From Rhizobium sp. (GTDB lineage: Bacteria; Pseudomonadota; Alphaproteobacteria; Rhizobiales; Rhizobiaceae), in contig JBAYTX010000008.1 in the NCBI GenBank assembly GCA_041675415.1, positions 2,368-66,367 of the forward strand: a DNA stretch of 64,000 nucleotides, given 5' to 3'. The first letter of the stretch is position 1. Every line of letters begins with the position of its first letter. The notes under the pieces are model-generated. The model did no database searches and was not told where the DNA came from. It saw only the letters and a list, made by a program, of their open reading frames with translations. This document shows, piece after piece, positions 18,548 to 29,413 of the stretch. Both the position numbers and the translations under genes were made by a program.

Positions 18548-18774
18548 GGTGATATCTCCTTTTGGCAACAGAATGCGTAAATTGCGGTGATCGGGAACAT
18601 AGGAGGGGAAGCCCTCATAGGCAACCTGTCAAAGATCAAATTAATCCCGTTCAAGGCAAAGATCTTCTCGCGGACCGGCACAAAATTGGTGCATTAATCC
18701 AGCGGCTTATCAACAGTTTCGGGGCCTTTCGGGACCGTCCGAAAACCGCCGGCACGGCCCACCCTGCCTGACTG

Positions 18775-19170
18775 TCAGCCGAAAACGTCCGGATCGGGCA
18801 GGCTGTCGACCGGAAATCCCAACTCGGCCCGGGCGATCCGGCATTCCGCGTCGCCCGGCATGCAGGTCCGGCAGACGTGCGGACGGTCGGCATAGACCGC
18901 GCATCCGACATGCTTGCCGAGCTCGCCGGTAAGCGCCGCGCAGCGTCCGGCCTCGAACTTCATGCCGCTCAGGTCGGCGGCGATGAATTTCTCCGGGATC
19001 TTGGCCAGCTCCTCGTCGGTCTCCAGCGAGAAGCGCGGCCAGTCGGCCGAATAGGCGCAGCACGCGCCACAGGTCTGGCAGTCGAATATATCAGGGGGCG
19101 AGGTTTCCAGCATCGCAGACCCAAAGCAGATCGGCGGCCGGAAATCCAGCAGTTTCCCAGACTGACTCAT
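18775..19170 (-). CDS. YkgJ family cysteine-cluster protein (UPF0153-like)
   Basis: CQTCGACC cluster plus CAVY...CRTC...C. The ATG at complement 19168-19170 overlaps the upstream MFS stop as ATGA. An alternative ATG lies at 19113. Confidence 0.7.
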   Translation of the reverse strand: MSQSGKLLDFRPPICFGSAMLETSPPDIFDCQTCGACCAYSADWPRFSLETDEELAKIPEKFIAADLSGMKFEAGRCAALTGELGKHVGCAVYADRPHVCRTCMPGDAECRIARAELGFPVDSLPDPDVFG

Positions 19171-20339
19171 GCAGCCGCAGGCGGACGCCTGAGCCCGGAT
19201 GCGAAGACAAGCGCAAAGAGAAGCATCAACAGCCCGATACCGACGGGGCCGGCTCCAGGCGAAAACAGATCCATGGCAAGGCCGGTGGTGCCGGAACCCA
19301 GGGCGCTGCCGACCGCATAGGCAAGCGCATAGGCCGCACTTCCCGACACCAGCAGGCCGCCGCGAAAACGCTCGCCGAGCAGGGTGAGCGCGCAGGTATA
19401 GAGGGAAAAGCTTGCGGCCCCGAGCAGCGACACGGCGACGAGAAGCCCCACCTGCGAGCCGAGGAAAGGCAGGACGAGGAAGCTCGCCCCGCACACGAGC
19501 GCGGAGGTGACAGCGATGAGGGGCCGCGAGGCATGGTCGAGCAGCCAGCCCACCAACGGCTGGGCGAGCGCGGTCGGCAACGCGACCATGGTCACGACGA
19601 GGGCCGCAAAGGCTTCGGAATGACCGATCTTGACGAAATAGAGCGGGATCATCGAGATCGCGGCGATGTCGGACAGGCCGAAGGCCAAAACCATCAGCGC
19701 CAGCACGGGGGCGAGACGCGCAAAGGCGATCAGCCCGCCCGCCGCGGAGGCTTCCGGCCGCGTGCGGGCAAAACGCCCGAGCATGACCGAGACAAAGGCG
19801 ACGAAGGCGACATAGACGGCGATGAGGGCGAATGCGAAACCGTCCTCAGTTCCCACCAGCGGGATCGCTAGCGGGCCCGCGGCAAAGCCCGCGCACATGC
19901 CGGCGCCATAAGCGCCCGACACGCGGCCGCGCAGACGATCGGGACAGGCGGCATTGAGCCAGGCTTCGCTGAGCGTGAAGATGATGCTGGTCGAAAAGCC
20001 GAGCAGGAAACGGGCGACGAACCAGACCCAGAGCTGATCGAAAAATGCGAAGGCCGACAGCGACGCGGACGCCCCCAAGAGGCCCGCGATGATCAGCTTG
20101 TCTCCACGCATCATGGCCGTCAGCCGGCCGATCATCAGGGTCGATACGGCAAGGCCGAATGCGAAGACCGAGGCGTTGAGCCCGGACAGGCTGGAGGAGA
20201 CGCCCCGGCCCTCGAGGACCAGCGCGATCAGCGGATAGGTGAGCCCTTGGCCGACCGAAAAGGCGGTGACGCCCAGGATGACGACGCCGATCGCCGCCCA
20301 GTCGGGAGCGAAATCCTCGGCGATACCCGTTGCCTGCAT
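19167..20339 (-). CDS. MFS transporter
   Basis: About 12 hydrophobic segments and 390 aa from the internal ATG (GAGG 9 nt upstream). The track start at 20372 is GTG. Confidence 0.8.
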   Translation of the reverse strand: MQATGIAEDFAPDWAAIGVVILGVTAFSVGQGLTYPLIALVLEGRGVSSSLSGLNASVFAFGLAVSTLMIGRLTAMMRGDKLIIAGLLGASASLSAFAFFDQLWVWFVARFLLGFSTSIIFTLSEAWLNAACPDRLRGRVSGAYGAGMCAGFAAGPLAIPLVGTEDGFAFALIAVYVAFVAFVSVMLGRFARTRPEASAAGGLIAFARLAPVLALMVLAFGLSDIAAISMIPLYFVKIGHSEAFAALVVTMVALPTALAQPLVGWLLDHASRPLIAVTSALVCGASFLVLPFLGSQVGLLVAVSLLGAASFSLYTCALTLLGERFRGGLLVSGSAAYALAYAVGSALGSGTTGLAMDLFSPGAGPVGIGLLMLLFALVFASGLRRPPAAA

Positions 20340-20514
20340 AACCCTTGCCTCAGAAAAATGCGGCCGGTTCACCCTAGCCCCGCGCGACCGATCTATCCCC
20401 GGCGCGGGGGAAAGTCCAGTTGGGGAAACCGCTCACAGAGAAGGTGCCGTCCCCTCCCCGTCATCCGCGGACCGGATGCGGGTTGACGGAGTGGCAGGCG
20501 CTCCACTCCTGGCC

Positions 20515-21642
20515 TTACCGATAAGCGCGCAGGTAGTGCCGCTCGAAATAGCGCTTCAGCCAGTGGAAGATCTTCAGGCGCGGGCCGACGAAATTGCGGG
20601 TCAGGCTGCGATAGACGAGGATGCCGGAATCGAGCGTGTCGACTATGCAGATCAGCTCCGGCTTGAAGTCTGTCGCCGGAGGCTGTCCCTTCAGTGTCGC
20701 GGCGATATTGGCGGCGGCGGCCTTGGCCTGCAGGTCGGCCTGATGCGCCTGCTTCGGCATCCAGTCCGGCCCGGAGAAACTGCCGCTATCGCCGACCACC
20801 CAGACCCCTTCCCTGCCCGGGACACGGCATTTTGAGTCCGCCTCGATCATGCCGCCGGGAGACAGGGGCAAATCGGCATTCTCAAGCCAGGCGGGACCGG
20901 TCAGCCCGGGCATGAAGAGGATCAGGTCGGCGTGGAACGCGCCGCCCTCGGTCACCACCGTGTTCGCCTCGAGCGCGACCATCTTGTGGCCAAGCTTCGT
21001 CTCGATGCCGCGCCGCACCATTTCGCGCAGCAAGCCGTCGACGGCCTTGTCGCCAAGGCGCTGGCCCGGGCGCTCGGAGGGATTGAAGAAGATCAGCTTG
21101 AAGCGTTCGCGCCGACCCTGGCGCCGTAGGATCGTATCGATGATGAAGAGAAATTCGAACATGGGGCCACCGCGCACGGCGCCCTGCTCCTTGGGATTGG
21201 TGGCAAAACCGATCGCGATCGTGCCGCCGTCCATCGCTGACAGCCGGCGCTCGATTTCCTCGCCGACGGCAATGCCCTCGCACGGGATCAACGCATGCTC
21301 GATGCCGGGCAGCTTGCGGATGAAGCGCCCACCGGTGGCGATGACCAACTGGTCGTTCCCGAACTCGCCGGCATCCGTGACGACCGTGCGCCCGCCATCG
21401 GCAAGGCCGGTGACCGATGCCTTGACATAGTTCACCCTGTTACCGACGAAAAAGTTGCCGAGCGGGATTTTCAGCGCCTCGCCCTTGCGCAGCCGGGCCG
21501 GGATCCAGATCGAACTCGGCAGGTAGTGCAGCTCGTCGCGCGGCGAGATCACCCTGATTTCGCTGTCGACACCCTGCCGGCGAAGCTCGCGGACGGTGGT
21601 GAGCGCCCCGAAGCCGGAGCCGAGAACAGTGATGTTGGTCAC
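20515..21642 (-). CDS. NAD(P)/FAD-dependent oxidoreductase (NDH-2 / sulfide:quinone reductase-like)
   Basis: N-terminal Rossmann motif ITVLGSGFGAL, a second dinucleotide-binding region (IAIGFATNPKEQGA), and a VWVVGD motif. GTG start with GGGAGA 6 nt upstream. Confidence 0.8.
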   Translation of the reverse strand: MTNITVLGSGFGALTTVRELRRQGVDSEIRVISPRDELHYLPSSIWIPARLRKGEALKIPLGNFFVGNRVNYVKASVTGLADGGRTVVTDAGEFGNDQLVIATGGRFIRKLPGIEHALIPCEGIAVGEEIERRLSAMDGGTIAIGFATNPKEQGAVRGGPMFEFLFIIDTILRRQGRRERFKLIFFNPSERPGQRLGDKAVDGLLREMVRRGIETKLGHKMVALEANTVVTEGGAFHADLILFMPGLTGPAWLENADLPLSPGGMIEADSKCRVPGREGVWVVGDSGSFSGPDWMPKQAHQADLQAKAAAANIAATLKGQPPATDFKPELICIVDTLDSGILVYRSLTRNFVGPRLKIFHWLKRYFERHYLRAYR

Positions 21643-21740
21643 GGGCGGTCTCCCAGAAGATAACGTTCCTTCATATATACGTATATTTATCGGACACGAA
21701 AAGGGCTGGCGCAGTCGTGAGCGCGAATGCCGCAGGCCGC

Positions 21741-21772
21741 AAAGAAAACGCGCGGGGGTTGCCCGCGCGCGT
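21741..21772 (-). terminator. rho-independent terminator candidate downstream of ilvE
   Basis: The minus strand reads GCGCGCGGG-CAAC-CCCCGCGCG followed by TTTTCTTTG. Confidence 0.45.
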
Positions 21773-21807
21773 CATGCCCCTGAAAACGAGTGGCCGGTAA
21801 AGCCGGA

Positions 21808-22692
21808 TCAGGCCACCTTCTTCGCGGAGTGGGCCCAGTCCATATAGAGCTGCAAAGCCTTGCGGGTGACCGGACCTTCCTGCAGGTCGCGGTCGTCCAG
21901 ACGGGCGACCGGAGAGACCTTGGAATAGTTGCCGGAGGTGAAGATTTCATCGGCGTTCATGAAGTCCTCGACCGAAAGCGTCGTCTCGCGAACCTCGTAG
22001 CCCGCCCCGCGCAGAAGTCCCATGACGCGCGAACGCGTGATGCCGGCAAGGAAGGTGCGATTGGGGACGGGCGTGAAGACGACGCCATCCTTGACCATGA
22101 AAACGTTGGAGGAAGCCGTCTCGACGACGTTTCCGTTCATATCGCGAACCAGCGCATTGTCGAAGCCGCGGGCGCGGGCCTCGATGATCATGCGGCCGGA
22201 ATTGGGATAGAGACTGCCGGTCTTGGCGTCCGTCATTGCGCATTCGGGCGTCGGGCGGCGGAAGGGCGAGAGCGTCAACCTGCTCGGCTGCGAGGGGTTC
22301 AGCGGCGCCTCGAACAGGCAAAGCGCGAAGCGGGTCGAATCCGGATCGGCGGCGACGACCGAACCGTGTTGTCCGTGTTCGGCCCAGTACATCGGCTTGA
22401 TGTAGATCGCGGTCTTGCCGTCGAACTTCTTGATGCCTTCCCAGGCCAGCCGCTCGATCTCTTCGGCTGCGACGGTCGCCTTCATCCCCATGTTGGCGGC
22501 CGAGCGGTTGATGCGCTTGCAGTGCTCGTCGAGATCGGGGGCGATGCCGTCGAACCAGCGCGCGCCGTCGAACACGGTCGAGCCCAGCCACATGGCATGC
22601 GACGTCGGGCCGATCAGCGGCGGATTGCCGGCAATCCATTCTCCATCGACATAGGTCCAGGTGGGGGAGCGGGGGGAGGTATCGACAGCCAT
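21808..22692 (-). CDS. ilvE: branched-chain amino acid aminotransferase (PLP fold type IV)
   Basis: 294 aa with conserved class IV aminotransferase blocks (GSTVFDGARWF..., ETASSNVFMVKDGVVFTP, GITR). ATG at complement 22690-22692 with GGAG upstream. Confidence 0.8.
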   Translation of the reverse strand: MAVDTSPRSPTWTYVDGEWIAGNPPLIGPTSHAMWLGSTVFDGARWFDGIAPDLDEHCKRINRSAANMGMKATVAAEEIERLAWEGIKKFDGKTAIYIKPMYWAEHGQHGSVVAADPDSTRFALCLFEAPLNPSQPSRLTLSPFRRPTPECAMTDAKTGSLYPNSGRMIIEARARGFDNALVRDMNGNVVETASSNVFMVKDGVVFTPVPNRTFLAGITRSRVMGLLRGAGYEVRETTLSVEDFMNADEIFTSGNYSKVSPVARLDDRDLQEGPVTRKALQLYMDWAHSAKKVA

Positions 22693-22962
22693 TTCAGTCT
22701 CCAATCGGGTTATGGCTGGCAGTCAACGGCAGGAGACGCACCAAGGTCAAGGAGAAAGTCACCCACAAGGCGAATTGGCAAGAAATCCTTCTCCGACATA
22801 TCGAAAGCGCAAGATATATGCGCAAAAACAACACGTTGGCGAATGTGTCGATCACAGAATTTGATTGGATGAAAATGACTGCCGCGGTGTTTCTTTCCCT
22901 TCGCCTCGCATCCGACGGCAGAATAAATAGGCGCGACGGTGCCGCACCTGCCTTCTCCCCGT

Positions 22963-22986
22963 CAGAACGGGGAGAAAGTGCCGGCA
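22963..22986. repeat. REP-like hairpin (TTCTCCCCG-TCAGAA-CGGGGAGAA) within a rhizobial-type intergenic repeat
   Basis: Perfect 9-bp stem. The flanking GTGCCGGCAGGCGGATGAGGGG matches a motif I recall as dispersed in Rhizobiaceae intergenic regions. It lies 57 nt downstream of the ABC ATPase stop. Confidence 0.4.
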
Positions 22987-23042
22987 GGCGGATGAGGGGC
23001 AAGAGTTATGGGGCGCCTGCTCCCGCGAACCAGCCCCAAGCC

Positions 23043-23828
23043 TCAGACCGTCTGCATGGCTCCCGGACCCGGAATTGCCCCGGGCGGGCACTTGCCCATG
23101 ATGATCATGCCAAGCACCTCGTCCTTGGTGACGTCCTGGGTTCGTGCCTGGCCGACCACCTTGCCGTTCTTCATGACGAAGACGCGGTCCGCCAGATCGA
23201 AGACATCGTGGATGTCGTGGCTGATCAGGAAGATGCCGATGCCTTCGCGCTTCAGCTGCTGGATCAGCTCGCCGACCTGGGCGGTCTCCTGCGGTCCGAG
23301 TGCTGCCGTCGGTTCGTCCATGATCAGGATGCGGGCATCGAACAGGATGGCGCGGGCGATCGCCACCGACTGGCGCTGGCCGCCGGACAAGGCCTTCACC
23401 GGCTCCTTGAAGCGCTGGAAGTTCGGGTTCAGGCGTCCCATCACCTCGCGCGCCTTGGCCTCCATGGCGACATCGTCGAGCGTGCCCCAGGAGGTGCGGA
23501 GTTCCCGGCCGAGATAGAGGTTGGCGGCGGCGTCGACATTGTCGGCGACCGCGAGCGTCTGGTAGATCGTCTCGATGCCGTATTTCTTGGCGTCGCGCGG
23601 ATTGGCGATATCTGCCGGCTCGCCGTCGATCAGGATCTCGCCCTCGTCGCGGCGATAGGCGCCGGACAGGATCTTGATGAGCGTCGACTTGCCCGCGCCG
23701 TTGTGCCCGAGAAGGGCGACCACCTCTCCGGGATAAAGATCGACGGAGGCATCGTCGACGGCGTGAATGCCGCCGAATGCGATGGAAATATGCTTCATTT
23801 CCACGAGCGGAGTGCGTTTGTCATTCAT
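23043..23828 (-). CDS. sugar ABC transporter ATP-binding protein (single ABC domain)
   Basis: Walker A GHNGAGKS, signature LSGGQRQ and Walker B ILIMDEP. 261 aa from the ATG at complement 23826-23828. The rest of the 725-aa track ORF is a frame artefact across the permease gene. Confidence 0.9.
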   Translation of the reverse strand: MNDKRTPLVEMKHISIAFGGIHAVDDASVDLYPGEVVALLGHNGAGKSTLIKILSGAYRRDEGEILIDGEPADIANPRDAKKYGIETIYQTLAVADNVDAAANLYLGRELRTSWGTLDDVAMEAKAREVMGRLNPNFQRFKEPVKALSGGQRQSVAIARAILFDARILIMDEPTAALGPQETAQVGELIQQLKREGIGIFLISHDIHDVFDLADRVFVMKNGKVVGQARTQDVTKDEVLGMIIMGKCPPGAIPGPGAMQTV

Positions 23829-23842
23829 GGTTCGTACTCCTC

Positions 23843-25153
23843 TTATCTGGCACGCGCGCGGTAGATGGTGTCGAGCCAGACGGCGACGACCAGGACGACG
23901 CCGACGACGATGCGCTGGAACGGCGTATCGATGCCGACGAGCACCATGCCCGATTGCAGGGATTGCATGACAAGAGCGCCGAGCATGGCGCCGGCGATGG
24001 TGCCGATGCCGCCCGAGAGCGACGTTCCGCCGATCACGGCAGCTGCGATCGTATAGAGCTCGTCGAGCTCGCCTTGCGCATTCGTCGCGGCATTGAGGCG
24101 CGCGGTGGAGATCGCCGCAGCGACGGCGCAGAGCATGCCCATCAGCGCGAAGATCTTGACGGTGACCCAGCGGGTCTTGATGCCGGCGAGTTCGGCGGCC
24201 TCCGGATTTCCGCCGATGGCGAAGACATACCGGCCAAAGCGAAGCCGGGTCGAGATGAAGGTCATCACGATGCCGACCACCACCGCCATCAGCACCGGAA
24301 TGGCAAGGCCATGGGCGATAAAGAGACCTCCCTCCGGCCATGCGATGCCGTTGGCATCGGCGAAACGGCGGGCAATGGCTGTCGGCCAGGGATAGCTGTT
24401 GACCACGGCGATAGCTCCCAGGACGGACGCGCAGCTGACGCCGACGAGGAAATATTCCGCCCAGATCGGCCGCAGCGGAAAGCCGAAGCGGCGGCGCTGC
24501 TTGCGCGAATTGATAATTGCCGCGACGATGGCGAGGCACGCGAAGGTGCCGACGATCCAGCTGGCCGTCGCGCCGATCGAGCCGTCCGTGCCGCCACCCA
24601 TGAGGCGGAAGGTCTGGTCCATCGGGGCAACCGTGCGGCCGCTCGTGACGAACCAAGTGGCGCCGCGCCAGATGAGCAGGCCGCCGAGCGTCACGATGAA
24701 AGACGGCACATTGAGGAAGGCGATGATGACGCCATGCAGCGCACCGATCGCGGCACCGAGCAGCAGGCCTGCGACAAGCGCGATGATCCAGGTGAGCGGA
24801 TGGTCGAAGCCGAGGATCTGCGGCAGGAGCTCGGCCTGCAGCACCCCCATGAACATGCCGACGAAACCGAGTACCGAACCGACCGAGAGGTCGATATTCC
24901 GGGTGACGATGACCAGCACCATACCGGTCGCCATGACGGCGACGGAGGCGGTCTGGACCGAAAGGTTCCACAGGTTTCTCGGGGTCAGGAAAAGACCGCC
25001 TGACAGGATGTTGAAGCCGATCCAGATGACCACCATGGCTCCGATCATGCCGAGCAGGCGGGTGTCGATTTCGGTGGCGCGGAAAAAGCGCTTTACCGGA
25101 TTCTCCACCGCGCGAGCGCGTCCGGCTTGCGTGGTATTCGTGATGTCGGCCAT
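23843..25153 (-). CDS. xylH: xylose-type sugar ABC transporter permease
   Basis: 436 aa and multi-TM. From memory the block NIDLSVGSV...[11 protein letters not shown] closely resembles E. coli XylH. Adjacent to xylF. Confidence 0.8.
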   Translation of the reverse strand: MADITNTTQAGRARAVENPVKRFFRATEIDTRLLGMIGAMVVIWIGFNILSGGLFLTPRNLWNLSVQTASVAVMATGMVLVIVTRNIDLSVGSVLGFVGMFMGVLQAELLPQILGFDHPLTWIIALVAGLLLGAAIGALHGVIIAFLNVPSFIVTLGGLLIWRGATWFVTSGRTVAPMDQTFRLMGGGTDGSIGATASWIVGTFACLAIVAAIINSRKQRRRFGFPLRPIWAEYFLVGVSCASVLGAIAVVNSYPWPTAIARRFADANGIAWPEGGLFIAHGLAIPVLMAVVVGIVMTFISTRLRFGRYVFAIGGNPEAAELAGIKTRWVTVKIFALMGMLCAVAAAISTARLNAATNAQGELDELYTIAAAVIGGTSLSGGIGTIAGAMLGALVMQSLQSGMVLVGIDTPFQRIVVGVVLVVAVWLDTIYRARAR

Positions 25154-25315
25154 GCCTTGCCGTTCTCCCACTTTTCGTAATCCCTTGCGATGGCGCGCCG
25201 GCCGCATCCAAGCGCGGCAATGGCGGCCGGGCCTCCCCTTCGATCCGAAGAGGCGCCGCGACCTTCAGGATCGCGACGCTTCGAGGCCCAATGAGGCCGT
25301 TCTGTCGGGCCTATG

Positions 25316-26356
25316 TCAATTGCAGGCTGCGACGGAGCCGGCGGCGACGCCCTGGCAGGCGGCTTCCTTGGTGATCCAGCCGGCGTCGATGACGACGTTC
25401 AGGTTGTCCCTGGTGATCGGCAGCGGAGCAAGGAAGACGGACTTCATTTCAACACCCTTCGGGCCGCCGTTGAAGGTTGTCATGCCGTCGATCTCGTCCA
25501 TCGTCTTGCCGCCGGCAAGAGCTGCGGCGATTTCAGCCGCACGCTTGCCGAGTTCGCGGCTGTCCTTCCAGACGGAAACCGTCTGGGTGCCGAGCGCGAC
25601 ACGGTTCAGCGCCGCATGGTCGGCGTCCTGTCCGGAAACCGGGACGGAACCGGCCAGTCCCTGCGCGGCAAGCGCCGCGATCGCCCCGCCGGCGGTGCCG
25701 TCGTTGGAGGCGACGACCGCGTCGACCTTGTTGTCGTTGGCGGTCAGGAACTGCTCCATGTTCTTCTGGGCGTTTTCAGGCTTCCAGCCATCGGTATAGG
25801 CTTCGCCGACATTCTTGATCTTGCCGGCGTCGATGGCTTCCTTCAGCACTTCCATCTGCCCGGAAAACAGGAAGTCGGCGTTCGGGTCGGCCGAATTGCC
25901 CTTGATGAAGACGTAGTTGCCTTCCGGCTTCACCTTGAATACTTCGCGGGCCTGCATGCGGCCGACTTCCTTGTTGTCGAAGGTGATGTAGAAGGCGGCA
26001 GGATTTTCGATCAGGCGGTCATAACCGACGACCGGGATGCCTTCAGCTGCGGCCTTTTCGATCGCCGGGCCGATGGCGTCGCTGTCCTGAGCCAGAACGA
26101 TGAGAGCATTCGCGCCCTGGGCGATCAGGCTTTCGACGTCGGTCAGCTGCTTGGCGGCCGAGGACTGTGCGTCGGCCGAGATGTACTTGTCGCCGGAGGC
26201 CTCGAGCGCCTTCTTGATGGCGGCTTCGTCGGTCTTCCAGCGCTCTTCCTGGAAGTTCGACCAGGACACGCCGATGACGAGATCCTTGGCGCTGGCGGCG
26301 GAATGCATGGATACGATGACGGCAGCGCATGCCATCAGTTTCGATACGGATTTCAT
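25316..26356 (-). CDS. xylF: D-xylose ABC transporter substrate-binding protein
   Basis: Signal peptide [23 protein letters not shown]. From memory there are long collinear matches to E. coli XylF ([57 protein letters not shown]). GGGAGGA SD. Confidence 0.9.
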   Translation of the reverse strand: MKSVSKLMACAAVIVSMHSAASAKDLVIGVSWSNFQEERWKTDEAAIKKALEASGDKYISADAQSSAAKQLTDVESLIAQGANALIVLAQDSDAIGPAIEKAAAEGIPVVGYDRLIENPAAFYITFDNKEVGRMQAREVFKVKPEGNYVFIKGNSADPNADFLFSGQMEVLKEAIDAGKIKNVGEAYTDGWKPENAQKNMEQFLTANDNKVDAVVASNDGTAGGAIAALAAQGLAGSVPVSGQDADHAALNRVALGTQTVSVWKDSRELGKRAAEIAAALAGGKTMDEIDGMTTFNGGPKGVEMKSVFLAPLPITRDNLNVVIDAGWITKEAACQGVAAGSVAACN

Positions 26357-26458
26357 AATTATCCTCCCATTTGGATGCAGGCCGTCGAGCGGAACTCCCT
26401 GCCCCCGGACGACCGTTGAAAATTCACTGTCGCATGCCCCGGCCTCAGTGCCCATGGT

Positions 26459-26479
26459 TTTTCTCGACAGTCGAGAAAA
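26459..26479. promoter_or_regulatory. perfect 21-bp palindrome, candidate operator in the xylF / ROK-regulator divergent region
   Basis: TTTTCTCGAC-A-GTCGAGAAAA has 10-bp arms with no mismatch. A related GACTGTC copy lies about 40 nt downstream. Confidence 0.45.
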
Positions 26480-26597
26480 TAAGTGTCAGAAGAATCCATG
26501 ACTGTCAACATCGCCTGTGGAGGGCTTGCAAAGCGGCCGGGCGAATGCTTTGGGAGAAGCATGTGTTGCGAACGAATGCCATGACCGGACCGCTGCC

Positions 26598-27827
26598 ATG
26601 CTGACGAAATCCAGCACCGAAATGGTGCGTCAGCAAAACAGCGCGCTCGTCCTGTCATCACTCAGGCGACACGGCCCCCTTGCCCACACGGACATCGCCG
26701 CTTCCACCCAGCTGGCTTCCGCAACCGTCTCGGCCATCACCGCCGAACTCGAGCGCATGGGTGCGATCGAGCGGCACGAGCAGCAGGTGTCGGGAAGCCG
26801 CGGGCGCCCGCGCGTGCTCTTCGCCCGAAAACGGGACTACTGCCACCTGATCGCGGTCAGGATATCCTCCGACAATGTCCAGTATTCGCTGGCCGACTAC
26901 ACCGGCACGCTGATCGACCGTTTCGAGGAACCGCGCGATCATGCGGCCTCCTCCGCGGAGCAATTCGTCACCGGTTTTCGCGATGCGCTGGCACGGCTGG
27001 CAGTCCGCTCCCGGCTCGATACCGCGCAGATCGCCGCAATCTCGATCAGCAGCAAGGGCCTTGTCGACCCGGAGGGATCGCGCCTCCTGTGGTCTCCGGT
27101 CTTCGGCCGCCAGGAGATCGACTTCGCCACCTCGCTGCCGGTCTCGCCCGCGACGCGGATCAGGCTCAACAACGAGACGCTGCTCGTCGCGCATGCTCTG
27201 GCGCTTCGTGCCGACAAGGATGCGGAGCGCCCTTTCCATGCGCTCGCCACCCTGTCGCTCGGACACAGTATCGGCCTTGGCATTGCGCGGCGGGGCCAAT
27301 CCGGCGAACTGGAAGTGAGCGCCCCCAATTTTGGCCATATGCTGAATGCGGCGGATGGCAAGCTCTGCCGCTGCGGCTCATTCGGCTGCGTCGAGGCTTC
27401 CGCTGGTTTCTACGGCATTCTTCGGACCGCCTTCGAAGTACCGCCCGACACCATTCCCGCCAAGTTCGTGCCGCTCGTCGAGATGGACAAGATCGCGCTT
27501 CGGGCCCGGCAAGGCCATCGCATGTCGGAATATGCCTTCCGGCAGGCGGGCCTTGCGCTCGGTCAGGGCCTCTCGCGGATGCTGAGCCTATGCGAGAACA
27601 TGCCGATTGCGATCACCGGCCACGGGACACGCTATATGGATCTGCTTGGCCGGGGGATCGAGGAAGGGCTGCAACAATCTCTGCATGTGCGCATCCATGG
27701 TGCGCCGGAGATTGCCATCGTGCAGGAAGAGGCAACACTGGTGTTCGAGGGCCATCTCGACCGGGCGCTGACCGAAATCGACCACAACGTGGCGGGGCTC
27801 AGGGCCGAAGAGGCGCAGGCGCGCTGA
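26598..27827 (+). CDS. ROK family transcriptional regulator (XylR-like repressor candidate)
   Basis: N-terminal winged HTH (NSALVLSSLRRHGPLAHTDIAASTQLASATVSAITAELERMG), a ROK sugar-kinase-like body, and the CRCGSFGCVEA zinc motif. Divergent from xylF. Confidence 0.85.
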   Translation: MLTKSSTEMVRQQNSALVLSSLRRHGPLAHTDIAASTQLASATVSAITAELERMGAIERHEQQVSGSRGRPRVLFARKRDYCHLIAVRISSDNVQYSLADYTGTLIDRFEEPRDHAASSAEQFVTGFRDALARLAVRSRLDTAQIAAISISSKGLVDPEGSRLLWSPVFGRQEIDFATSLPVSPATRIRLNNETLLVAHALALRADKDAERPFHALATLSLGHSIGLGIARRGQSGELEVSAPNFGHMLNAADGKLCRCGSFGCVEASAGFYGILRTAFEVPPDTIPAKFVPLVEMDKIALRARQGHRMSEYAFRQAGLALGQGLSRMLSLCENMPIAITGHGTRYMDLLGRGIEEGLQQSLHVRIHGAPEIAIVQEEATLVFEGHLDRALTEIDHNVAGLRAEEAQAR

Positions 27828-27903
27828 ACCGAGCTGGATGACGCCCTTGCCGCGCAGCCGCCCTCGTCCTATCACTGCGATGAATGCGATCGAGGGAGAA
27901 GCG

Positions 27904-28554
27904 ATGTCCACCGCAGCCTATGTCTTTGATGCCTATGGCACGCTGTTTGACGTGCATGCAGCGGTGCGTCGCCATGCCGAACGAGCTGGCTCCGAGCATC
28001 AGCGATTTTCCGAAATGTGGCGGGCCAAGCAGCTGGAATATTCCTGGGTGCGCACGCTGATGGGCAGCTATCGCGACTTCTGGCAACTGACCGAAGAGGC
28101 GCTGGATTACACGCTCGCGCGCTTCCCCAGCGTCGATCGCTCGCTGCGCGGCGACCTGCTCTCGGCCTACTGGACGCTGGACTGCTATCCGGAAGTGCCC
28201 GCCGTGCTGAAGGAACTGAAGAGCCGGGGCGCGAAGCTTGCGATCCTCTCCAATGGCTCGCCGGCCATGCTTGAAGCGGCAGTGAAGAACGCGGCGCTCG
28301 ACGTGATACTCGACGACGTGTTTTCCGTCGATACGGTGCGTGCCTACAAGACCGCGCCGCAAGTCTACGACATGGTGACGACGGCCTATCGTCTCTATCC
28401 GGACGCGGTGTCCTTCCAGTCGTCCAATCGCTGGGACGTGGCCGGCGCGCAGAAATTCGGCTTCCGCACGGTGTGGATCAACCGGCTCGACCTGCCGGAC
28501 GAATATGCCGACCAAGCGCCGGATCTGATCCTGCGCAGTCTCGAAAGTCTCTGA
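27904..28554 (+). CDS. haloacid dehalogenase type II (HAD superfamily)
   Basis: [12 protein letters not shown] nucleophile motif and SNG motif, 216 aa. ATG at 27904 with GAGGGAGAA upstream. Confidence 0.85.
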   Translation: MSTAAYVFDAYGTLFDVHAAVRRHAERAGSEHQRFSEMWRAKQLEYSWVRTLMGSYRDFWQLTEEALDYTLARFPSVDRSLRGDLLSAYWTLDCYPEVPAVLKELKSRGAKLAILSNGSPAMLEAAVKNAALDVILDDVFSVDTVRAYKTAPQVYDMVTTAYRLYPDAVSFQSSNRWDVAGAQKFGFRTVWINRLDLPDEYADQAPDLILRSLESL

Positions 28555-28568
28555 CGAGGGAGCGTGCC

Positions 28569-29339
28569 ATGGCCTGGTCGGCGACGCAGTACCTGAAGTT
28601 CGAGGAAGAGCGAACGCGGCCGGCGCGCGATCTCCTGGTGCGTGTGCCGCTGGGCGCGGCGGCGCGGGTCTACGATCTCGGCTGCGGTCCGGGCAATTCG
28701 ACCGAACTACTGATAGAACGCTTCGGGCTACGGGCCGTCGCAGGGCTCGACAGTGATGCCGATATGCTGGAAAAGGCGCGCAAGCGGCTTCCGGAAACGC
28801 CCTTCGTTCAGGCCGACCTTTCCACCTGGAAACCCGAGGCGCCGGCCGATCTGCTCTATGCCAATGCGGTTCTGCAATGGCTGCCCGACCATCTTTCGCT
28901 GATGGAACGCCTGATCGACCACCTGGCGCCGGGCGGGGTTCTGGCCGTTCAGATGCCCGACAATCTCGACGAGCCGACGCATCTGCTGATGGAGGAGACG
29001 GGCGCGGCCGGCCCATGGGCGCGAGCCTTTGCCGGCGGACGCATTATGCGCGCGCCGCTCCCCTCGCCTGCCGCCTATCTCGAGCGGCTCTCCCGGAAGG
29101 CGTCCCGCGTCGACATATGGCACACGATCTACTACCATCCGATGGAAAATGCCGAGGCGATCGTCGAATGGGTGAAGGGCACGGGGCTACGCCCCTATCT
29201 CGATGCAGCGGGAGAAGATCATGCGCCGGCCTTCCTCTCCGATTACACGGCGCGCATCGCCCGCGCCTATCCGCCGATGGCCGACGGGCGGGTGCCGCTG
29301 CGCTTTCCGCGTCTGTTTGTCGTGGCGGTGAAGAGATAA
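28569..29339 (+). CDS. tam: trans-aconitate 2-methyltransferase
   Basis: Collinear with E. coli Tam from memory: [44 protein letters not shown] and FPRLF.VA. 256 aa. Confidence 0.85.
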   Translation: MAWSATQYLKFEEERTRPARDLLVRVPLGAAARVYDLGCGPGNSTELLIERFGLRAVAGLDSDADMLEKARKRLPETPFVQADLSTWKPEAPADLLYANAVLQWLPDHLSLMERLIDHLAPGGVLAVQMPDNLDEPTHLLMEETGAAGPWARAFAGGRIMRAPLPSPAAYLERLSRKASRVDIWHTIYYHPMENAEAIVEWVKGTGLRPYLDAAGEDHAPAFLSDYTARIARAYPPMADGRVPLRFPRLFVVAVKR

Positions 29340-29413
29340 GTTCGCTAGAAGCGATCCCGACCCCATGACGGCGCATGCGCCGACGCCAACCGAATTCTTG
29401 AAAGCTTCTGCCG

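Noticed and set aside
23829-25220. Upstream 460 codons of the 725-aa track ORF 23043-25220.
   Set aside because: Only the last 261 codons (from the ATG at 23828) form an ABC ATPase. The upstream part is an alternate frame of the XylH-like permease gene and is Arg/His/Pro-rich.
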